A DNA stretch of 64,000 bases, from NCBI GenBank assembly GCA_951406725.2, contig OX597822.1, positions 66,464,001 through 66,528,000 of the forward strand, written 5' to 3'. Shown here piece by piece: positions 14,101 to 27,070 of the stretch (its first letter is position 1; every line of letters starts with the position of its first letter). The stretch comes from Octopus vulgaris (lineage: Eukaryota). The notes beneath the pieces were generated by a model, which saw only the letters and a list, made by a program, of their open reading frames with translations, ran no database searches and was not told where the DNA came from. Position numbers and translations under genes: made by a program.

Positions 14101-14525
14101 AATAATAAAGGCACTGAAATGCTACGATTGATACTTCACCGGAGAAACTGCGTATCGGCATTTCTTCCGGTGCTTTACGTTCTAAGGTGAAATGTCCCTA
14201 GCGGTCGACTTTGCTTTTATCTTTTTGATATCGATAAAATAACAGTTGAAGACATGATGATATCATCAACTTTCACTTTATCTCGAAATTCCTGGCCCTG
14301 TGCCACAATTAGTACAATAGACTACAAACATTATATCTTCCAACATTTTTATTTGAGACACTACCGCGACACCAGATACAGCTGCGTGTCTGATATGCAG
14401 GAATAATGTTATTTTATTGCAAAAACTGTCGTTTATATTATTATATCTCTTTTTCTTTTCTATATGACGGAGAATTTTTGAAATGTGAGTCTTGGTACTG
14501 TCAGTCATTTTGCATTTCTATTGTA

Positions 14526-14696
14526 GGCGCAGGAGTGGCTGTGTGGTAAGTAGCTTGCTTACTAACCACATGGTTTCGGGTTCAGTCCCACTGCATGGCA
14601 TCTTGGGCAAGTGTCTTCTGCTAAAGCCCTGTGCCGACCAATGCCTTGTGAGTGGATTTGGTAGACGGAAACTGAAAGAAGCCTGTCGTATATATG

Positions 14697-14735
<39 letters not shown>

Positions 14736-14948
14736 GTGTATATTTTTGTGTGTCTGTGTTTGTCCCCCTGTGCTTGACAACCGATACTGGTGTGTTTACG
14801 TCCCCGTAACTTAGTGGTTCGGCAAAAGAGGCCGATAGAATAAGTACTGGGCTTACAAAGAATAAGTCCCGGGATCGATTTGCTCGACTAAAGGCGGTGC
14901 TCCAGCATAGCCGCAGTCAAATGACTGAAACAAGTAAAAGAGAGTAAA
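14526..14948 (+). mobile_element. SINE family A, near full length
   Basis: GGCGCAGGAGTGGCTGTGTGGTAAG (A-box-like), GGGTTCAGTCCC (B-box-like), internal (TA)n/(TG)n, tail GACTAAAGGCGGTGCTCCAGCA...ACTGAAACAAGTAAAAGAG. Confidence 0.9.
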
Positions 14949-15666
14949 GGGTAAAGAGGTACTTTTAAGTGTTTATGGTATTTCCTACACATTGTTCTAA
15001 TGCGTCTTGCTGAGCTAGACAGTGAATCTGTAGAGAATATTATGCTCATTAAACCTGTGACTTTGTCAGTAGGTGACAACAGATTCGACTACGAGTTGAA
15101 CGAATACGTTGGTGTCATATTGTATTAACTGCTAACTTTTATTTCTCACGTTCATCGTTTAAAACGGTGTAATATAGAAACAGGGTGATTTCGTTAATTT
15201 CGTTGGAAATCGAGCAACCAAAGAAAGGTCCACCGTACTTTTATTAAGCAGTGAAATATTCAGATATATTAGGGATATGTTGAATGCAAAGGATCTACTC
15301 TGTCACATGTATAATAAATTTGAGATATACAATGCTGATTTCTTTTAAACACAAGCATTGATTTTGTAGTTTCGCTAGAAATATTTTAACTATAAGCTAT
15401 TGACTGGAAAATCAGAACGGTGTATCGGTTAGAAATGAAAGCTTTGAAGCGTGTCCAAACCCATCAACGATGAAGAAGTAAGTATAACGATGCAAACTAT
15501 TTGGAGATCTAATTAGAAAAGAGGCGGACAGCAAGAAGCGTGTCTAATATGTTATTTGGGGCGAAATAGGCGGGGTATCTGGTTTTCTTCAGCCATTTAT
15601 TTGTTTATTACGTTAGTTTTTGCATTTATCTCTAGCGTATTTAATTTCTCTACTTCAATAATTTCT

Positions 15667-15727
<61 letters not shown>

Positions 15728-15755
15728 GCTACTACTACTATTATTATAATATCTA

Positions 15756-16140
15756 CTGTAGAACCTCGCTGTACGAATGCACCATTGTACGAATAATTTA
15801 CTGTACGAGTCGAGATCGTCGAATTTTGTTTTTGAAGCACGTGCGAAAATCTGCAGTACGAGCACACAAATTGTCCCATCTTTTAGGTAATTCAGGTAAT
15901 AAAATTAGTTTACATATTTCTTTTGTATTCTCTTTTTTATAATTGTCATTTTACTCCTAACGCCACCCTTTCTGTGTAAAAACCCATAAAAAATTAATTT
16001 TGCATGCTTTTGCGAAGCTGGAACGGATTAATTTATATTTTACTTAAATTCAATGGGGAAAAATTGATTTATAAAACGAATAAATCGTAAGACGAGCTCG
16101 GTGATGAAACGAATTAAACTCGTACTGCGAGGTATTACTG
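15756..16140. mobile_element. Tc/mariner Tigger-like MITE
   Basis: Imperfect ~22 bp TIRs (CTGTAGAACCTCGCTGTACGA ... TCGTACTGCGAGGTATTACTG), TA on both sides, no coding capacity. Confidence 0.75.
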
Positions 16141-16952
16141 TATTTCTCTTGCCGCCGATGCTACCGCTGCTGCTACTCTGAGGAAGACAAATTGCTTCTT
16201 ATACCTGTTGAATGTAAGGAATTTTACACAAAAACATATTCAGAAGAAGCGAAAAAAAAAAACATTTTACAAATAAAACATAAATTGTCCGCATCTTGCA
16301 GAGGAGGTTGACGATGAATTATTTCTTCAATAAGATGCTTTTAGGGTAGAAAGCAGGAAGTACAACACGCTTTTGTTTCTTCTAAGGAATTCCGCCCACT
16401 GTTGAAGTTGCTAGAGGCAGGTTCTGAAGTAGCAAAATGATTCTATCTTACCAGGTGCTAACTGTATCAGCAGTTCTCAGTGATATTAAACGTGAGATAT
16501 TAATCAACAGGCTATAATGAATGTATAACAATGTGTATGATTAAATCCTTTTCTCAGTGTGTTACTGTATGGATTTGTTTATCGGTGCGCGTATACACAC
16601 GCGCATGCATGTCTTGCATCAAACGGTAAAAGCACGATTTACCGTTATCAGTATTCCTATTAGTTTTCGGTGGGTGAAAGACGATATAAAGAGACAAGGC
16701 GACGTTTCATTTCTATACTAGAATAAAGGTGAGTGGTAATATTGTTTTATTCGTCAAAGTAAATTTTCCAGATAAAGCAAAATAAACAGAAGCAATAAGT
16801 ATGTGCGTGCGTATGCATACACACACACATACACACACACAAACACAAACATAGACATATATGTATGTGTGTAGAGAGAGAGAAGGGGTAGAGAGGAAGA
16901 GGGAGAGGGAAAGGTATTGAAGCAGATAAATACAGTTACATTTGAGACATCG

Positions 16953-17004
<52 letters not shown>

Positions 17005-17039
17005 CTATTTACCTATTTATCTATCTATCTACACCCTCC

Positions 17040-17143
17040 GTGAAGGCGCATCTGCTAGTGGTTAGGGCATTTGGCTCACGATTGTAAGGTTGTGAGTTCA
17101 ATTCCCGGCGAGGCGTTGTGTCCTTGAGCAAGACACTTTATTC
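17040..17143 (+). mobile_element. SINE head (tRNA-like), inverted copy of 17640-17745
   Basis: TAGTGGTTAGGGC...GAGTTCAATTCCCGG..TGTGTCCTTGAGCAAGACAC. Confidence 0.75.
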
Positions 17144-17343
17144 ATATGCGTGTGTATGTGCGTGTGTGTGTGTGTGTGTGCGTGCAAAGCATGATTAGGT
17201 TTGTGTGCATCACTACCTCTGTATCACCTCGTCTTGTTCTCATATAGCCACTATTCCCGAGTGAAGAATTTGGTGATTTAGTTCCATTTCCTTTGGTCAC
17301 TACCGCATGTTTTCCATACTAGGCATATCTATTTCTCACCTAT

Positions 17344-17407
<64 letters not shown>

Positions 17408-17409
17408 GG

Positions 17410-17745
17410 AGACTGTAGGAGCATACCGTTGGTTACGATGACGAGGGTCCCAGCTGGAACGATCCACGGAAGAGCTTTCTCGTGAAATTAACGTGCAAGT
17501 GTGAGTGAGCAATCCACAGACACGTGTAACCCTAACGTAGTTCTCAGGGAGATTCAGCGTGACACTGAATGTTACAAGGCCGGCCCTTTAAAATACAGGT
17601 ATAACTCATTTTTGCCACCTGAGTGGACTGGAGCAACGTGAAATAAAGTGTCTTGCTCAAGGACACAACGCCTCACCGGGAATTGAAATCACGACCTTAC
17701 AATCGTGAGCCAAATGCCCTAACCACTAACACACGCGCCTTCACA
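17410..17745 (-). mobile_element. tRNA-headed SINE (family C/D) with LINE-like tail
   Basis: Head as at 17040. Tail CGTTGGTTACGATGACGAGGG...GTGAAATTAACGTGCAAG is shared with 51457-51821. Confidence 0.75.
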
Positions 17746-17796
17746 GAGGGTGTAGATATATAGATAAATAAGCAAATAGAGAGATAGATATTTTCG

Positions 17797-17887
<91 letters not shown>

Positions 17888-18476
17888 ATTGATAGATAGA
17901 TAGACAGATAGATAGATAGATAGATAGATATATTGATAGAACTTGATTTTCTTTTACTTTATTTTATATCTTTCAAAACAACGAAGACGTTGAAACAATT
18001 GTATCCTTGCTAAGTATTATTCATTAATACACTTTAAAAATTAAGAAAATCTTGAACACACATCAATAGATTGTTACTTAGCTTGATCATTTCTTCGTGG
18101 TGTTTCTCAGGATCGCCACTTATATATACGATGTTTTAGGCACTGCGCAATCCCTCTCGATACACTGTATGGATGGTGGGAATTGAAGTTGAGGCATCGT
18201 CCAGTGAAGGTTGGCTTGCGGTATACGGACATCCTGGATCCATATTTAACAACAAACAAGCTGCGGACAAATATCCGTCGAATGTAAATAGTGTAAATAA
18301 TGTATATAATTCATCTCTCAAATTTTGAACTGTATCATCCATCTATGTCTGCATGTACGTCTACTGTCCCACTACTTAGCTGGTTTTCATCACAACGCGC
18401 TGCCTCAGAAATAATCGAACACGAAATATCGTGATTGCTATCAAGCACATAAGACACTAGGCTATATATTTTCTAG

Positions 18477-18583
<107 letters not shown>

Positions 18584-18662
18584 ACATATATATATATATA
18601 TGTATACATATCTATATATACATATATATACACATATATATATATACATGTATGTATAAAAA

Positions 18663-18716
<54 letters not shown>

Positions 18717-18792
18717 CATATATACTTACATGCATAGAAATATACATACATACAAATATACATATTTACAAACACATATGTATATATATGTA

Positions 18793-18867
<75 letters not shown>

Positions 18868-19702
18868 GTATGTGTGTATATACATGTATATATGTACATA
18901 CGTCATTATCCATGCCTGTGCATATGGGAAACTAATCCGAGGCTGTAAAGACAAGCATGGTCCGTATTGTTTTTAAATTCACTTCACTCTCCTGAAAATT
19001 GCTTTCTCGTTTTGACATCTGGTTTCGTTTACGAACAAATGTAAGAAGTAGTCTGTCTTCTTTTCTTCAAATAACTTAACTAAGCAAAATAACAACAATA
19101 TAATTTTCAAATCAAATAAACGAATCAAGTAACAATGGTTAACATTCTTCAAAGAACGTACTTTTAATTTTATTAAAATTTAATTGATGTTTCCGGTATA
19201 AATTTCAGATTCACAAATTTAAGAATTTGATGAAGAATGGGAGAATAGGAAGTAGAACTTTCACATGTATATAGTCTGAAAAGAAATAACATAAATAAAA
19301 GTAACGCAGACTTCAGTTATTTTCGGTCTCAGCTTAAAATGCGGAATTTAATTTTCAATATGAATGGAAAATCTGAGGCGCAAAGTTGTGGTTTCCTTGC
19401 GATGTCGTTATTGTAAATTTTAACTTAGAGAAACACTTACTTATCCGCGCATAAACACACCAACACGCATACGTACACACACATGTACACGCACACACAC
19501 ACACACACACATAAGTACGCAGACTCACACACATGCACACACAAACACACGTATATGTACACTAACATTCTGTCTTAACAAGTACCATTCAAACCAAACT
19601 TAAGTAAGAACAAACCCATGTCTTTGTATGTATGTATGTATGTATGTATGTATGTATGTATGTATGTATGTATGTATGTATGTATGTATGTATGTATGTA
19701 TG

Positions 19703-19764
<62 letters not shown>

Positions 19765-19769
<5 letters not shown>

Positions 19770-20170
19770 TTACTACCCAAAAGGGGCTAAACACAGAGAG
19801 GACAAACAAGGACAGACAAACGGATTAAGTCGATTATATCGACCCCAGTACATAACTGGTACTTATTTAATCGACCCCGAAAGGATGAAAGGCAAAGTCG
19901 ACCACGGCGGAATTTGAACTTAGAACGTAGCGACGAACGAATTACCGCTTAACATTTCGTTCGGTGTGCTAAACTTTCTCCCAGCTTGACGCCTTATATG
20001 AGACAAAATATTCTTTTCTACTCTAGGCACAAGGCCCGAAAATTTTTGAGAGGGTCCCAGTCGATTAGATCGACCTCGATACACGACTGGTACTTCCTTT
20101 ATTGACACCGAAAGGATGAAAGGCGAAGTCGACCTCGGCCGAATTTGAACTGAGAACGTAAAGACTGCTA
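19765..20170 (-). mobile_element. Two adjacent SINE family B copies
   Basis: Two GAAAGGATGAAAGGC(A/G)AAGTCGACC..GAATTTGAACT cores with different tails. Confidence 0.8.
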
Positions 20171-21168
20171 AGCTTGATGCCTTCCACAGTAGAAATATTA
20201 TTGACATTATTTTCATTTTTATTCCTCGATGCCTAAACCGCAACGCAAAATTCAAATGTTTTTGGGATATTTGATATATTATATATATATATATATATAT
20301 ATAAAAGAAGTTCGAAAACGGCACTATATAAGATAAATTTTAATTTTCTTAGAGATTTTACATGCTTCGGTTCTTCTTAAAAAAAAACCCAACCGAATCA
20401 AAAATATTTTAAAAAGTTAAGTGTAACAAAAAAGTTCATAATTGTTTCTTACTAGTTTCAACAGAGTCCACGTCGTGGTGTTTTCTAGGGAGGAGCATAA
20501 TGGCTGTCTTACACATTGATTAGAATCGTTGGCTGTAATCATGTAAAATCTCTAAGAAAATTAAAATTCATGGCGTTTTCAAAATTCTTTTTATAATATA
20601 TATATATATACATACCCACTCGTATGCCACGTTATATATATATATAATTGATAAAAGTAAATGGAGAAGAAAAAATATAACACATACCTGGTTCATTTTA
20701 TTTATATCACAATGGAAAAGTATTGCAAAGTAAAAGTGATACATATAAGAATAAGTTTAAAAAGAACCAGATCAACAAAACAACCCAAAAATGTCCGCAA
20801 AATTCCTACTCATGATTAAATCCCACAGTAACTTTGAATGATCAACATTCGAACGAAGATAGATGTAATAAACGATATATTGCCGGGTATCTTCAGGGAA
20901 AATTAAGTACGTTTTCTGGTCTTGAATTACAAAATAACTAATTTGAGAAATCTACTTTGCATTACTTTTCCATTATGATATAAATAAAATGAACCAAGTA
21001 GCTATTTCATTTTTTCCTCCCCATTTTCGTTTATTAACGTTATAATTTATAACTTCTTAGACTGTTTATACATATATATTCAGGAACTACCTTTCAATAT
21101 ATTTGATAAAGCCAGTTGGCATCTGGAATGTTCTTAGCAATCATTTAAGTGGAATTTACATCCTCAAA

Positions 21169-21270
<102 letters not shown>

Positions 21271-21356
21271 CTGAAGAGATGCCCGCGTGGGTTTCCGCCC
21301 CGACATCCGAAACTCGTATATATGTATATATATATATACATATATATGTATGTATG

Positions 21357-21413
<57 letters not shown>

Positions 21414-21434
21414 ATTAAATATCTTTCGATCATG

Positions 21435-21735
21435 AATAACCATGGCATTGTACCTAGAACGTTCCTCTCCGAGGCACAAGTTCGAGCAAGTTTGCTTATA
21501 CAAAATCAGCAGTCGCCCATGCATAGCAGTCTCTCCTCTCCATGCCACTGATGTTTTCTGAGGGAAAGGCAAGGACCGATACAACTTGGCACCATTTCTA
21601 TAGCTGAGTGAACTGAAGCAACATGAAGTAAAGTGTCTTGCTCAATAACACAACACATATTCTGGGCCAAGAATCGAACTCACTACCTCATGATTGTAAA
21701 CTCGATGCTCTGACCACTGAACCATGCAACTTCGC
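21435..21735 (-). mobile_element. tRNA-headed SINE, decayed
   Basis: AAAGTGTCTTGCTCAA..GAATCGAACTC..GACCACTGAACCATGC is the reverse of an A/B-box head. Confidence 0.6.
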
Positions 21736-21769
21736 TATATATACATACATATGTATATATATATGATAG

Positions 21770-22058
21770 AATGCGCCCTTTTCAAGCCTTGCTAGGATCA
21801 TGGGCCCTGTTTCACGGTTTCTATGGCGTATATGTTCCCCCCAGCTGGACGGGACTCTAGCCCATCGCAGTGTTACTCAAGCAATAGGAAGAAAGAGTGA
21901 GAGAAAGTTGAGACGAAAGAGTACAACACGGGTCGCCATCGCCCCCTGCCGAAGCATCGTGGAGCTTTAGGTGTTTTCGCTCAATAAACACACACAACGC
22001 CCGGTTTGGGAATCGAAACCGTGAGTCCGCTGCCCTAACCACTGGGCCATTGCGTCTC
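21770..22058 (-). mobile_element. SINE family C
   Basis: Reverse of GACGCAATGGCCCAGTGGTTAGGGCAGCGGACTC..TTCGATTCCC..GAGCGAAAACACCTAAAGCTCCACGA; homologous to 51457-51821 and 47068-47155. Confidence 0.8.
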
Positions 22059-22845
22059 CACACACACACACACACAGGTATATATATATATATATATATA
22101 TAGGGTTGAGCAGAAAGAACACAGGAAGAACAGACAGTAAGCAGAAATCCGACAAAAACAATATGGAAAAATAGATGATAACCTAAGAAACAGGAAACTG
22201 GGCAAAAACAAGATATAAGGACCATTGCCAGCCGATGTCCTCGTCAGTCAATGTCTGTCATGTCCTCGCAGTTTTTCACATTTTAGAATTGAGACCCCTC
22301 GGTTCTGTAAATTGCGAGAGCATTAAGCTTCAGAGAGGAGCAAACACCACGATCTGGCGTCAGCATAACATATAGATGAAACTTATTGACCATTTGAATT
22401 GGCTTTCTTTGTAAAGGTTTGCAGTGTTTAAAAGCTTTTGCGAAACACTGTTACAGAATATTTCTTCCAAGTTATCATCCTATCGATCATATTGCCTTAC
22501 TTGTGCTGAAAAGTCATATTTTAGTTGCCAACATACCATTGAAGGTTCAGATGGACTTAGTTGATTCAATTTTTCACTCTTCAGTTGTCTGCCAATGATT
22601 TTTATCAAGATAACGACACTCTTTAAGCTGGCTGCCAAATATCACTTTGAATTGCTGCAAATATTCTGGAGATAAAGTGGTAATATAAATCTAGCGCTGC
22701 GTTTTAGAAACGAATACTAGCACCTAAAATGTATTCCCATATCATTGTAGGAATTGACAGTGAACATTGAATAGTGGGTCCTTGTGACTTCAGAGGTTTT
22801 CTCTATACACCCATATATATATACATACATACATATATATATATG

Positions 22846-22935
<90 letters not shown>

Positions 22936-22965
22936 TGTACATATATGTATATATGTATCTATCTA

Positions 22966-23012
<47 letters not shown>

Positions 23013-23217
23013 TAAATTAGAGATAAAACCACTATTAGGCAAATCAAATAGTGAAAAACATAAACCAAAACATAAAAATAAAAATAATTAATATAATTTA
23101 CAAAATATATGAAATATAAAATTTAAAATTTAAATTATTTAAAATTAAAATTATTAATTTATATTTATAGTTATATTTATATTTATAATTTTTTAATATA
23201 CATATACATACATACAA

Positions 23218-23286
<69 letters not shown>

Positions 23287-23749
23287 GACGAACAAACAGA
23301 CATTATGGTAGACAGACAGGTATGTAGACAGGCATGTAGGTAGACAGGTTGTCACGTAGGTAGGTAGGTAGGTAGGTAGGTATTTAGGTAGGTAGGTAGG
23401 CAGGTAGGTGGGTAGACAGAGACAGGCAGACACAAAGACAGACAGACAGGTAGATAGGTACATACATACATCTTTAATATGAATAGTTTTATTCATCGAT
23501 GTTTCAGCCTCCTAGGCCATATTAGGACTCTGGTAAATTTGCGTTCACCTTAGATTTTTTATATTTACGTCAAATTTAAACATTTTGAGCTAGCTGGAGA
23601 TCTGTTGAAGGAACATTAGGTTGCAAAATATGATGCGATTTTAATCATCAGGTGGGACTCTAAGTAGTGCTGAAGGCTACATACATCGGATAAGTTAAGT
23701 TTGATATACGTGTTTCATTGATTGTTTGACAACATTTCTAGTAACATAC

Positions 23750-25205
23750 AAATTCCGGAAAATGTACCTGGCCCTCCACGGGCGTCACCCCTGAAGACAT
23801 AACCTTCCTGTGGGTAACTTAACAGTTATAAGTTCCGCATGTCTGCTGTTACTCTCCATTCTACCAAACTCATGTTCACATACTGCCTGGCGAGAGAGCC
23901 AAGGCGGTATGAACTGGTAAATGATGTTTATAGCAGCCTCCAAGTGAAGCTCCATAAAGTGGCGAGTATTCACTATTGGCCTTTCATGCACTTAACGTTG
24001 AGCAAACGTTCTGCCTGTTTTCTCTCTTACTGCCAAAGTAGATCTATTTAAATACATCACTGATTTCCCTATGCAAAGGAAGAGGGTCGTTAAAAAGGGT
24101 CCTACATATTACTTGCCCATCTACAGCTCTCTGGACATTCGGTGCCGTAGTCAAAAATGTAACATAAAGTCTAATAAGGAATATTGAACCTTGGTTCATA
24201 GAATGCCCTCCAAGATAACGACTCAGACCTGTAACCTCAATATGCTCTACATAAATATAGCATTGAGATTTCTGAACTCAGTACAACACTTTTTATAGAT
24301 GCTTCTCAGCTGAAGGAGGTTGGCAGAGGGATCATTCTTCTGAATCGTTAGTAATAATGAAGCCAGACGTCGATTAGGGCTTGGCTTTGCTATCAAACAG
24401 CAAATTACGAAGTCCTCATTCTCTCTTCTGCCTGGAGTCACATAATGATTTTCTAACATTTTCTTTTGACTTAGAAAAAGATACTTGCGCCTATCTAGTC
24501 AGTCCAAAACATGTTTTCGCCAGGGCAAGAGAAAGGTATATTTACGAACAGCTTAGTAGAATTATCTCATAGATATACTATATGGGCAGAATCGTTCTGA
24601 TGAATTATAAAGTCCTTAGGTATAGCCAGTTCAATGATAGTGGAAGATGCGCAGGAAAACCATGGTGGAGGCACAAAAACTACTTAAAGGTTAACATAAA
24701 ACGACAGAGAATCTCTCAGAAACATTTGAATAAACGGCATTAGACGGAATAAATGGAGGTTAACTTGATGTAATGCCCAAAAAGAAGTATAAAATTAAGC
24801 ATCTGGAACATCTTCAAGAATTGAGAATAAAGACGATACGAAATACCTTCTTGTAGAACAGTTTTCTCTTATACCAAAGGTGAGGACTTGTCTGCAGAAC
24901 ATTAGCTAGACTTACAATCTCATCAGAGACATCGACATCAGAGAAGATAAAATTATAAAGCAAGAATTTATACTATAGGGCATTGTATTATAATTGTACT
25001 GGTCTATTTTGTTTATGTATATACCACTGGACACTGAGTTTTTTCTGTTACATAACATTTGCTTAATTTGTGTAAAATACCTAGGGCATAGCCGTATCCT
25101 AGTCTTTTCGTATATGTGTATGTCCCTTAGTTACTGGAGCCACGTTAGGATACTTATCGTGCTGATGGGGCCTATTGTAGCAGAAAATCGTGTTCAACAC
25201 TAACC
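23750..25205 (+). mobile_element. Heavily decayed I/Nimb-like LINE ORF2 remnant and 3' end
   Basis: Scattered motifs IHYWPFMHL (~IHYQFLKHL), RLGLGF..RSPHSLFCLE (~LRLCLGAFRTSPVESL), RRYEIPSCR (~RREEVVLCRLRIGH), and a tail GTGCTGATG...AACACTAA. All are weak matches recalled from family consensus. Confidence 0.4.
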
Positions 25206-26549
25206 ACTTATCTCCAAACAAGCCTCTCAATTTAGTTTATGGCAGGTAGACAGTTGAATTCTTGACTCCCGGATTATTTACCTTTCTCATTTGTAGCTCT
25301 TCGCAAATATTTCGTACTGTCGACACAGTAGGTAGAGACAGAGTAAATTTTAATAAAACAAGAATTTATGTTGTAATGTGTTTGATATAATTACATTTGT
25401 CCATGTTCCTCTACATGCCACAGGCTACTACGCAAAATTATTTCTATTCGCTCATTTGCGTTGTTTGTATGTATATATGTGTGCGGTATATTTTTATGGT
25501 AAACCAGAAAAAAAGTTTTGCTGTATATTGAATATAGATAACTATGTGTGTGTGTCTATGTGTTTAAAGTCGTACATTATTAAATGGCTACATCAAAGCT
25601 CTTTTCCTTTGTGTTCACTTGTTAGAGTTTACAGTGTTCCATATATTCATGACATTACATAATATTACTTGCGTTCTTACCATATAACACATGGCTAACG
25701 TCACTTTCTTTACATATAACAAAAAAAAAAACAAGCCTTTGAAGCCTCATTTACCAACAAAATCTATCCTTTATTTTTCTCTTTAATTTTGATTTGCTCA
25801 TCTTGGTATTGCAATGTCATTGTTCCACTGTAATTTAGTCATATTCATTTTGTGTTATTTATCTCTGCATTTCAGCTTTGCTACACTCATTATATTTTGA
25901 AAGGGGGAAATACTATTTTTCTCTTTTTACTAGTCTATCGTCACACTCATACCACTTTTTAAGACTTTCTTCTTTTTTCTTATTGACAAAAAACTTTCTC
26001 TATCATTCTCTAGTTGGTTAAAATTAACGTTTTCCATGTCCATAGAGGTTTATTTATTTTTCTCTCACAATTTCTGATGTTTTGCTTTTTTATTTGTATA
26101 TACCTTTTTTGTTTTTCATTTACTTATTGATCTCAATATACGTATCTAATAAAAACTTCCATATCCTTTCTATTTTCTTTCAATATTTCTTACTTCAGCC
26201 ATTCTTTGATAAAACATGTTGTAAATGCGAACATTAATCCATTTTTTGCGATTTATTCATTATGATTATTATTATAATATTTTCCTCTTTTTTTGCGTTT
26301 CTCAATCTTTTCCCAAGCCTTTCATTTAATATATATTACCTTATACTCATATTGTTACAATATAGATTAATAACATTAATAATGTGACCGTCTCTTTTCT
26401 TCTTAACCATATTTATAGTTTAGTACTTTACAATTATATTAATTCATGTATTCATTATTTCTATCGGTTTTTTATCAGATTGCTTCGATCATTTGAAAAT
26501 CACTCTAACGTTGGGTCTCAGCCTTACTGAATATTTCGCTAGACAAATA

Positions 26550-27070
26550 TCGTAAATCCTGGAGTATAGTCCGCCCTTGAGTATAATACACAGGGGATTT
26601 TTAGGGGGCTGTACCTCTAAAAAACCTAAACCTTGTGTATAATACGCACCCCTTCTCTAACTTGAGTCAAGGAGGTCTATGTAAGGTCCTTTGTTTTTGA
26701 AACTGTATACGGTAACGTGCTTTATTATTATTGTATATATAACATTATGCAAACGTGTAGCTTTTTTGTGCATTTTGTTTGCAGAAAATAAAGAAATAAC
26801 AGTAATAACAGTAATGACCTTTAATAAATATTGCTTACTGAAAGTTATGGATGATTCTTTTATGACTTCATTGCTATCAGGCGTAGCTTAAGGTATTTTC
26901 GCGCCCGATATCACAAAATGCGTCTGAATAAACATTGCCGGACAGCAAATAGAGACTAAGACATTGCTTAGAAAATAATTGTCATTTTTAACCTCGTATA
27001 TAGTACGCACTATGGATGTTGACCTTTAAATTTTGGGAGAAAAATGCGGATTATACACGAGGATTTGCGG
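26550..27070. mobile_element. Tc2/pogo-like MITE
   Basis: TIRs TCGTAAATCCTGGAGTATAGTCCGC ... GCGGATTATACACGAGGATTTGCGG with TA flanks. Internal subterminal motifs (G/T)GTATAATAC(A/G)CA. Confidence 0.75.

Noticed and set aside
17040-17110. tRNA gene calls for SINE heads
   Set aside because: A/B boxes are present, but no complete cloverleaf forms and each continues into a SINE body.
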